This document shows positions 18,842 through 26,210 of a DNA stretch of 64,000 bases, in pieces. A model generated the notes under the pieces. The model ran no database searches, was not told the origin of the DNA, and saw nothing but the letters and a program-made list of their open reading frames with translations. Origin of the DNA: Acidimicrobiales bacterium (GTDB lineage Bacteria; Actinomycetota; Acidimicrobiia; Acidimicrobiales; CADCTF01). The stretch lies in the NCBI GenBank assembly GCA_036261495.1, contig DATAKR010000156.1, positions 2,603 through 66,602 on the forward strand, given 5' to 3'. The stretch's first letter is position 1. Each line of letters starts with the position of its first letter. Both the position numbers and the translations under genes were made by a program.

Positions 18842-19861
18842 GTGCGGATCGCCGTGATCGCGCCGCTCTCGTGGCGGGTCCCGCCCCGCGGCTACGGGCC
18901 GTGGGAGCTCTTCGCGTCGCTGCTCACGGAGGCGCTCGTGGCGCGTGGGCACGAGGTCACCCTGTTCGCCTCCGGTGACTCCCTCACGACCGCTCATCTC
19001 CAGTCCGTCGTCGCCCACTGTTGGTCCGAGGACCCGGCGATCGACCGGAAGGTCGCCGAGTGCCTCCACATCTCGCGGGTGTTCGAACAGGCCGCCGACT
19101 TCGACGTGATCCACAACAGCTTCGACTTCCTGCCCCTCACCTATGCCGGTCTGGTCGACACCCCGGTGGTGACGACGATCCACGGCTTCTCCTCGGCGGC
19201 CATCGTCGAGGTGTACCGGAAGTACAACGGCCGCACCGCCTACGTCGCGATCAGCGATGCCGATCGGCACCGCGATCTCGACTACGTCGCCACGATCCAC
19301 CACGGCATCGACACGTCGGCGTTCGAGCTCCAGACCTCGCCCGGCGACCACCTCGCCTTCTTCGGCCGGATCCACCCTGACAAGGGCACGGCGGAGGCGA
19401 TCGCGGCGGCGGCGCGCGCCGGTCTGCCGCTGGTGATCGCCGGCATCGTCCACGACCAGGCGTACTTCGACGCGAAGATCGCCCCGCTGATCGACGGCGA
19501 CCAGGTCCGCTTCGTCGGCAACGTCGCGGCCGAGGACCGCTCGCCGTTCCTCGGCGGCGCGCTCGCCCTGCTCCATCTCATCGACTTCGACGAGCCGTTC
19601 GGCTACAGCGTGGTCGAGGCGATGGCCTGCGGCACGCCCGTGATCGCCTTCGACCGTGGGTCGATGCCCGAGCTCGTCGACCACGGCACGACCGGGTTCC
19701 TCGTCCACGACGTCGCCGGCGCGGCCGCCGCGGTCGAAGCGGCGAGAGCGCTCGACCGGGCCGCGATCCGTGGCGCCGCCGTGGCGCGCTTCGGCGTCGA
19801 CCGCATGGCCGACGAGTACGTCGCGGTGTACGAGGAGGTCGTCGCTCGTGCGCGTCGCTGA
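18842..19861 (+). CDS. Glycosyltransferase family 4
   Basis: VRIAVIAPLSWRVPPRGYGPWE...FGRIHPDKG...EPFGYSVVEAMACGTPVIA. Confidence 0.9.
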   Translation: MRIAVIAPLSWRVPPRGYGPWELFASLLTEALVARGHEVTLFASGDSLTTAHLQSVVAHCWSEDPAIDRKVAECLHISRVFEQAADFDVIHNSFDFLPLTYAGLVDTPVVTTIHGFSSAAIVEVYRKYNGRTAYVAISDADRHRDLDYVATIHHGIDTSAFELQTSPGDHLAFFGRIHPDKGTAEAIAAAARAGLPLVIAGIVHDQAYFDAKIAPLIDGDQVRFVGNVAAEDRSPFLGGALALLHLIDFDEPFGYSVVEAMACGTPVIAFDRGSMPELVDHGTTGFLVHDVAGAAAAVEAARALDRAAIRGAAVARFGVDRMADEYVAVYEEVVARARR

Positions 19862-21032
19862 CCGCTTCCGCCTCGGCGCGAACTACTGGCCGGCGGCGAC
19901 GGCGATGGACTGGCTTCCCCGCTACGACGGCGGTGTCGTCCGTCGCGACTTCTCGCGAATGGCGGCCGCCGGTCTCGACACGGTCCGAATCTTCCTCCGC
20001 TGGGACGACGTCCAGCCGAGCGCCTCGACGCTCGATGCTGTCGCGCTCGCCGCCGTCGTCGACACCGCAGATGCCGCGGCCGACGCGGGGATCGAGCTGA
20101 TCGTCACGCTCTTCACCGGCCACATGAGCGGCGTCAACTGGGTGCCGGCGTGGGCGACCGGAGGCCAGGAGGGCGACGAGCGCTTCCGTGTCGTGTCGGG
20201 CGGTGTCGTCCAACCGAGTCGGAGGATCCTGTGGAACTGGTACTCCGATGTCGGCGTACGCGACGCGCAGGCGTACCTCGCGCACGGTGTGGCGTCCGCG
20301 CTCGCGGGGCACCCCGCAGTGTGGGCGTGGGATCTCGGCAACGAGAGCTCGAACTGCACGATCCCGCCCGACCGTTCCTCCGGCGCCGGGTGGATGGACC
20401 GGATGTCGTCGATCCTGCGGGCGTGCGATCCGCGGGTCCTCGTGACGATCGGGACGCACATGGAGGACCTCGAACAGGATCGAGTGCTCGGCCCGGCCGA
20501 GGTCGCCCCCTGGTGTGACTTCGTCTGCATGCACGGCTACCCGATCTACGCGGACTGGTCGGAGGGGCCGACCGACGACCACCTGGTGCCGTTCCTCGCA
20601 GAGATCACGAGCTGGCTCGCCGGCGACACGCCGGTGCTGTTCGCGGAGTTCGGGCAGTCGACGGCGTCACCGGGCCGCGCACCCGACGCCCTGGAGGTCA
20701 GCGACGACGCCGCCGCCGGCTACGCCGCCCGAGTGCTCGACGCCCTTCGCGCCAACGGGTCGATGGGCGCCCTGGCGTGGTGCTACAGCGACTACGAGGA
20801 AGCGCTGAACGACTGGCCGCCGTTTGACTCCGCGACCCACGAGCGCCGGTTCGGGCTGTGGCGGGCCGACGGGACGGCCAAGCCGTCCGTCGCGGAGTTC
20901 GCCACCCGCGCCGGTCGACCGCGTCGCTCCGTCGAAGACGACCGGCCCTGGCTCGACGTGACCCCGGCCGAGTTCGCGTCGGACCGCCGTCGCCAGCTTC
21001 GCCGGCTCTACCGCCGCTACCGCTCGCGCTGA
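19848..21032 (+). CDS. GH5-like (clan GH-A, TIM-barrel) glycoside hydrolase
   Basis: WDLGNESSN is the acid/base NE motif and PVLFAEFGQS the nucleophile E context. No signal peptide. 14-nt overlap with the GT4 gene. Confidence 0.8.
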   Translation: MRVADRFRLGANYWPAATAMDWLPRYDGGVVRRDFSRMAAAGLDTVRIFLRWDDVQPSASTLDAVALAAVVDTADAAADAGIELIVTLFTGHMSGVNWVPAWATGGQEGDERFRVVSGGVVQPSRRILWNWYSDVGVRDAQAYLAHGVASALAGHPAVWAWDLGNESSNCTIPPDRSSGAGWMDRMSSILRACDPRVLVTIGTHMEDLEQDRVLGPAEVAPWCDFVCMHGYPIYADWSEGPTDDHLVPFLAEITSWLAGDTPVLFAEFGQSTASPGRAPDALEVSDDAAAGYAARVLDALRANGSMGALAWCYSDYEEALNDWPPFDSATHERRFGLWRADGTAKPSVAEFATRAGRPRRSVEDDRPWLDVTPAEFASDRRRQLRRLYRRYRSR

Positions 21033-21057
21033 TGGCCTGCGCCGGCGGCTGCTCGAA

Positions 21058-21789
21058 TCAACCCGAGGGCGGGGGATCGAGCGTGGAGGCGGCGACGCGA
21101 CCGCCGATGACGTCCGAGGCGAGGTCGGCAAGGCGGAGGTTGTGGCGGCGGGCGTGGTTGCGCAGACGGCTGAACGCGCTGGGCATGTCGAGGTCGAGCC
21201 GCTCCGCGATCATTCCCTTCGCCTGTTCGATGACGATGCGACTGTTGAGTGCGTAGTTCAGCTGCTCGTTGAGGGTCTGGGCCTCCGTCACCACCCGGTG
21301 CTGGAGGATCGCGATCGTGGCGACGTCCGCGAACGCCTGCGCGACCGCGAGATCGTCGTCGGTCATCTCGCCGGTCGCGGTGCGGAAGAGGTTGAGCGCC
21401 CCGATCACCGAGCCTCGCAGCCGCATCGGTAGTGCTTGAGCGGAGTGGAACCCCGCGGCGACCGCCTCGGCGGAGAACAGCGGCCACGGCCCGCCGGGTC
21501 TCGAGAGGTCGGCGCTCGCCACCTGCCGGCCGGTCGTGAAGGAGTCGAGGCACGGCCCCTCACGCGATTGCACCTCGAACAGCTCGAGCACGCGCATGGC
21601 CTCACTCGACGAGGCCATCACACGTAGCTCTCCTTCGGGTCCCGCCAGCATCAGCCCGGCCGTCGCCACGTCGAGGATCTCGACGCAGCGGTCGCTGAGC
21701 AGGGTCAGGAGCTCCACGACGTCGAAGTCGTCGACCAGGCTGTCGGCGAGTTGCACCAGGGTTTGGGCCAGCATCGTCTCTCGGGTCAT
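21058..21789 (-). CDS. GAF-ANTAR RNA-binding regulator
   Basis: GAF-like N-domain (EGPCLDSF...GALNLF). ANTAR motif NSRIVIEQAKGMIAERLDLDMPSAFSRLRNHARRHNLRL. GGAG lies 6 nt upstream of ATG 21789. Confidence 0.85.
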   Translation of the reverse strand: MTRETMLAQTLVQLADSLVDDFDVVELLTLLSDRCVEILDVATAGLMLAGPEGELRVMASSSEAMRVLELFEVQSREGPCLDSFTTGRQVASADLSRPGGPWPLFSAEAVAAGFHSAQALPMRLRGSVIGALNLFRTATGEMTDDDLAVAQAFADVATIAILQHRVVTEAQTLNEQLNYALNSRIVIEQAKGMIAERLDLDMPSAFSRLRNHARRHNLRLADLASDVIGGRVAASTLDPPPSG

Positions 21790-21832
21790 CGGCATCTCCA
21801 GTCGACGCGTGGGTTGGCAGAGGATCGGGTGA

Positions 21833-22576
21833 TCACTGTGGTCGGTGCCCTTCGGCGCTGGGCTCAAGGCGGAGGCGGCGCTCGACGACGTCGTGGGCGA
21901 CCTCGGTCAGGTCGCGCCCGTTCCCGAAGGCATGACCACGAAGCCGTACGAGGGCCTGCGCGACGTCGACGCCGAGCTGGGCGGCGATCATCCCGGCGGC
22001 CTGGTGCACCACGAAGTGGAACTCGCCCCCGTCGTCGAGCTCGCTCGCGAGGCGCCCGGGCGGTGCGCCGGCCTGCATCAGGAGAACGGCCTGGGCCGCG
22101 ATGTCGGCGGCGATCAACGCGTCACCGTGTTGCGCATCGCTGAGCGGGCCGGCGGTGGCGCGGTAGAGGTTGAGCGCGCCGAGCCGCGCCGCCCCGACCC
22201 GGAGCGGGAACCCGAACACCGCTCGGGCGCCGGCCGCCAGCGCCGGCGGCGCGAATGCCGGCCACCTGGCTCGTGCGGGCGATCCGATGTCGGGCTCGGC
22301 GACCGGAGCATCGCCCAGATAGGCGTCGATGCACGGACCCTCCCCGAGGTCGTACTGGAGCGACTCGAGCAGCGCGCTCACCGCGTCGGTCGTGCACACC
22401 GACCCGTTCGACGTCGTCGCGGACATCAGCATGATCCCGGCTCCCGTGGCGCCGGTTGCGTCTCGGCACACGTGGCAGAGCCGGAGCGTCCCGCCGTTCC
22501 CGGCCAGCTGGGCCAGCATGTCGAGCCGGCGCTTCCCCGCGCTCCTCGCCGCGTCATCGTCGGCACCTCGGCTCAT
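21833..22576 (-). CDS. GAF-ANTAR RNA-binding regulator (tandem paralog)
   Basis: EGPCIDAY...GALNLY and ANTAR motif FVVHQAAGMIAAQLGVDVAQALVRLRGHAFGNGRDL. The start could instead be ATG 22519. Confidence 0.8.
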   Translation of the reverse strand: MSRGADDDAARSAGKRRLDMLAQLAGNGGTLRLCHVCRDATGATGAGIMLMSATTSNGSVCTTDAVSALLESLQYDLGEGPCIDAYLGDAPVAEPDIGSPARARWPAFAPPALAAGARAVFGFPLRVGAARLGALNLYRATAGPLSDAQHGDALIAADIAAQAVLLMQAGAPPGRLASELDDGGEFHFVVHQAAGMIAAQLGVDVAQALVRLRGHAFGNGRDLTEVAHDVVERRLRLEPSAEGHRPQ

Positions 22577-22723
22577 AGGCGGCCCTGTCCGATCGGGGAG
22601 TACTCGCACCGCCCGTCGGGCGATCGGGGTGAAACGTGCACCGGATCGCCCCGTGAGTCGATCCTCGACCATCGTAGGCCGCAGGGCGGGTCGCTCGTCG
22701 GCGCTCGGACGATCGGGAGGCGG

Positions 22724-23503
22724 ATGCGGTACCGTCATGACGGCGCTCGGGACCCCGGCACCTCCTCCGATGAGACGAGGTCGCCCATGCTCTTCAGCCC
22801 TGAAGCGCCCAGCCAGCCACCTACCGGCACCACAGCCGTCGGTCCCTCCGACGACTTCATCGCCATGGCCGCCCATGAGCTGCGCGGGCCCGCCACCGTG
22901 ATCGCCGGTGTGGCCGAGATGCTCCGCCAGTCCGCCGATGCCGGCGCGCTCGGAGAGCAGGGGCGTGAGCTGCTGGAGCTGCTCGTTCGCAACAGCCGGC
23001 ACCTGCGGAAGCTGACGGTCGACGTGCTGAGCTCGGTGTACCTCGAACGTGGTGACCTTCCCGTCGAGATGGGGACGGCCCCGCTGCTCCCGATCATCCG
23101 ATGGGGGGTCGAGGGCGCGTCGGCGGGCGATGAGGTGCGCATCGAGTGCGACTCCGAGCTGACGGCCCAGGTCGACGCCGATCACCTCGAACGCATCGTC
23201 ACGAACCTCGTCGCCAACGCTCTGCAGCACGGCGGTGCACCGGTCGTCGTCTCGGCGCGGGCGCTCGAGCGCAGCGACACCGCGACGATCTCGGTGCGCG
23301 ACTTCGGTCAGGGCGTCGCCACGGACCGGTCGCATCTCTTGTTCGAACGGTTCAGCCCGCTCGCGGCCCGGACGTCGACCTCCACGGGGCTGGGTCTGTC
23401 GATCGCGCGCGGTCTGGCTCGAGCCATGGGGGGCGATCTCACCTACCGGCCCGCCGACCCCGGGTCGGTGTTCACCGTGACGCTGCGTGCATCGCGGATG
23501 TAG
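22724..23503 (+). CDS. Soluble histidine kinase lacking a sensor or TM domain
   Basis: H-box AMAAHELRGPATVIAG, N-box LERIVTNLVANALQHG, G1 VRDFGQGV, G2 GLGLSIARGLARAMGG. Only 25-45 aa precede the H-box. Alternative ATG at 22787. Confidence 0.8.
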   Translation: MRYRHDGARDPGTSSDETRSPMLFSPEAPSQPPTGTTAVGPSDDFIAMAAHELRGPATVIAGVAEMLRQSADAGALGEQGRELLELLVRNSRHLRKLTVDVLSSVYLERGDLPVEMGTAPLLPIIRWGVEGASAGDEVRIECDSELTAQVDADHLERIVTNLVANALQHGGAPVVVSARALERSDTATISVRDFGQGVATDRSHLLFERFSPLAARTSTSTGLGLSIARGLARAMGGDLTYRPADPGSVFTVTLRASRM

Positions 23504-23506
23504 AGG

Positions 23507-24685
23507 TCAGGGGCCGGCCGGGGCGGTAGCGCCGGCAAGGTCGACGAGCTTCGGTACGACGTCCGCGGCCGGCGGCATGGACGCGATCTCTCTTGCGATG
23601 CGATGGGCGACGTCGCGCTCGGGGCTTCCTCGATCGAGGACGGCCATCACCGCGTCCCGGACCGACGTCGAGGTGACGGCCTCTCCCGCGAGCACGCGTG
23701 CGACCCCGGCGCGGTGGCAGGCCTCGGCGTTGGTGTGCTGATCCGCGCCCTGGGGGACGAGGACGAGCGGAAGGCCCGCGGTGAGGGCGGCGAGGGTGGT
23801 GCCCGATCCGGCGTGGCACACGACCGCGTCGCACCGGGGGAGGAGCGGCGCCAGCGGTAGCCAGCGCTCGATGTGGACGTTCGGAGGCTGCGCGGCCAGC
23901 GCGGCGGGGTCGTTCATCTCGCTGATGGTCACGACGAGCTCGATGTCCTCGTGGGCCAGCGCCGCCAGGAGCGTGTTGAACCGGTCGGGTTGGTTGAAGA
24001 AGGGCACGGTGCCGAGCGAGAGGTAGACGACCGGGCGGCTGCCGAGCGCGCCGGACCACTCGGGTAGGGGAGCGTTCGGGTCACCGGGGATCTCGGGCCG
24101 GATCGGCTGCGCGACGGCTGCAGCCGGCCCAGGCTCGGGCTGCAGGCTGGGCGGGCACGGGTCGAGATACCGCCCGCGGTAGATGCCGGCGCAGGGGTCC
24201 GGGTCGAGACCTGCCGACCGCCACAGCGGTGCCACCCGTTCGGCCAGCGCGGCGACCAGCACCGGCTCGAGGGGTTGGCCGAACCCGTAGGTGGCCGACG
24301 GCAGCCCGCGCTCGGCGGCAAGGAGCGGCGCGGCCAGGTCGACCGGTGCGTGCACGATGAGGTCGGGGCGGTAGGCGTCGGCCAGCTCCCGCAGCGCCGG
24401 CAGCTTTGCCGGCGCGATGACGGCGCCGAACATGGCGCCGCCGAAGTGCCAGTGCTCACCCTCCGGAGCGCTCGCGGACGCCGGATCGGCCATGGCCGCC
24501 ATCGCGCCCTCCATCGCGGTCGGCCCGGCCGCGGCGGTGGTGAACCCCTCCCGGCGCACCCGATCTTCGAGGTCGGGACCGATGGCGACGACGACGTCGT
24601 GGCCCGCGGCGAGCAGCGCCTTGCCGAGCGGCACGAACGGCCCGAACACACCCTCCATCGGTGTGGAACTGCACAGCACCTTCAT
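23507..24685 (-). CDS. GT1-family (MGT/UDP-glycosyltransferase-like) glycosyltransferase
   Basis: Signature HAGSGTTLAALTAGLPLVLVPQGADQHTNA. GGGGGAG lies 6 nt upstream of ATG 24685. Confidence 0.9.
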   Translation of the reverse strand: MKVLCSSTPMEGVFGPFVPLGKALLAAGHDVVVAIGPDLEDRVRREGFTTAAAGPTAMEGAMAAMADPASASAPEGEHWHFGGAMFGAVIAPAKLPALRELADAYRPDLIVHAPVDLAAPLLAAERGLPSATYGFGQPLEPVLVAALAERVAPLWRSAGLDPDPCAGIYRGRYLDPCPPSLQPEPGPAAAVAQPIRPEIPGDPNAPLPEWSGALGSRPVVYLSLGTVPFFNQPDRFNTLLAALAHEDIELVVTISEMNDPAALAAQPPNVHIERWLPLAPLLPRCDAVVCHAGSGTTLAALTAGLPLVLVPQGADQHTNAEACHRAGVARVLAGEAVTSTSVRDAVMAVLDRGSPERDVAHRIAREIASMPPAADVVPKLVDLAGATAPAGP

Positions 24686-24768
24686 GCCTGCTCCCCCTTC
24701 TCGTCGACGCAGCACGCGGTCCTCGCGACACGCGGCGCCGCCCCACTAGTAGACTCGCAATATAGAGT

Positions 24769-25449
24769 ATGACTATAGATAAGAGCACAGAGAAGAGCAA
24801 GAACGGCACCAGGGCACGCCGGCGCCGCGGCGACGACACCCGCCGCAAGGTCGAGGTGGCTGCCGGGCGCCTGTTCACCGAGCGCGGCTACCAGGCCACG
24901 ACGATGCAGGTGATCGCCGACGAGGCGGGTGTGCACGTCCAGACCATCTACCTCGCCTACGGCACGAAGGCCGCCGTGCTGGCGGCGGCAGCCACTCGAC
25001 TCGTGGCGGGCGACGACGACCCGGATTCGCACCCGAGTCAACGGCGCTGGGCGCGAGAGATCATGGCTGCCGACGATCCGGTCGAGAAGGTGCGGCTCTA
25101 CGTGCGCCACGTGCGTGAGGTCACGCCGCGCATCCTGCGATTGGTCGATGTCCTGCGTGCCACCGCGCCCTCGGACCCCGACGTGGCCAGCTTCCTCGCC
25201 CACATGCAGGAGGGACGGCGTGAAGGGCCCTACGCCCTGCTCGCGCCGCTCGCCGACGCCGGCCAGCTGCGCGCCGGACTCACTCGTGCGTCGGCCGCGG
25301 ACATCACCTACGCGCTGGCCAGCGCCGACACGTTCCGGGCCCTCGTCGACGATCGCGGGTGGAGCTGGCCGCGTGCGGAGAGATGGATCGCCGGTCAGCT
25401 GCGTCATGCCCTCCTCTCCGACGACGTCGGGCCGGCAGACCGTTCGTGA
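24769..25449 (+). CDS. TetR-family transcriptional regulator
   Basis: HTH GYQATTMQVIADEAGVHVQTIYLAYGTK. The start sits in a markedly AT-rich patch. Confidence 0.9.
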   Translation: MTIDKSTEKSKNGTRARRRRGDDTRRKVEVAAGRLFTERGYQATTMQVIADEAGVHVQTIYLAYGTKAAVLAAAATRLVAGDDDPDSHPSQRRWAREIMAADDPVEKVRLYVRHVREVTPRILRLVDVLRATAPSDPDVASFLAHMQEGRREGPYALLAPLADAGQLRAGLTRASAADITYALASADTFRALVDDRGWSWPRAERWIAGQLRHALLSDDVGPADRS

Positions 25450-25496
25450 GTGCTGCTTGCCCCACGAGCGGTCAAGCGTTAGACAAAGGCCCCGAG

Positions 25497-26210
25497 ATGA
25501 CGGGGCTCGAGCTCGCCGTCGAGCTCGTCGGTGTGCGACGCCGGTACGGCGAGGGTGCGGTGGCGGTCGATGCGCTCCGAGGCGTCGACCTGTCGATCCG
25601 GTCGGGGGAGTTCGTCGTCCTGCTGGGGCCGAGCGGGTCGGGCAAGACGACCTTGCTGAACATCGTGGGCGGCATCGACTCCGCGACCGACGGCACCGTC
25701 CGGGTCGCCGGTCACGACCTCGCGGGCCTCGACGCCGATGCGCTGGCCGAGTTCCGCCGCACGTGCGTCGGCTTCGTGTTCCAGTTCTTCAACCTCATCC
25801 CGACCCTCACCGCCCGTGAGAACGTGGCCCTTATCGCCGAGCTGGTCGAACGGTCCGACCGCAGCGCCGATCTGCTCCGCGCCGTCGGCCTCGGCGACCG
25901 GCTCGACCACTTCCCCGCAGCGTTGTCCGGGGGCGAGCAGCAGCGCGTGGCGGTGGCGCGGGCGCTGGCCAAGGAGCCGCAGGTGCTGCTGTGCGACGAG
26001 CCCACCGGCGCGCTCGATCTCGACACCGGACGCCAGGTCCTCTCACTGCTGCGCCACGTCAACCGCGAAGAGGGTCGCACGGTGATCGTCGTGACCCACA
26101 ACCAGGTGATCGCGCGGATGGCCGACCGGGTGGTGCGGCTGCACGGCGGCTCGATCAGCGGCGACGAAGCGATCATCGACCCGCTGGGCGCTGAGGCGCT
26201 CGAGTGGTGA
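25497..26210 (+). CDS. ABC transporter ATP-binding protein (MacB/LolD-like)
   Basis: Walker A GPSGSGKTT, signature LSGGEQQRVAVARAL, Walker B LLCDEPTGALD. Confidence 0.95.
   Translation: MTGLELAVELVGVRRRYGEGAVAVDALRGVDLSIRSGEFVVLLGPSGSGKTTLLNIVGGIDSATDGTVRVAGHDLAGLDADALAEFRRTCVGFVFQFFNLIPTLTARENVALIAELVERSDRSADLLRAVGLGDRLDHFPAALSGGEQQRVAVARALAKEPQVLLCDEPTGALDLDTGRQVLSLLRHVNREEGRTVIVVTHNQVIARMADRVVRLHGGSISGDEAIIDPLGAEALEW

Noticed and set aside
21833-23335. Long (500-aa) version of the second GAF-ANTAR ORF, and the 552-aa version of the kinase ORF (21845-23503)
   Set aside because: The two mutually antisense extensions lack motifs. The domain-bearing parts start at 22576 (minus strand) and at about 22724 (plus strand).
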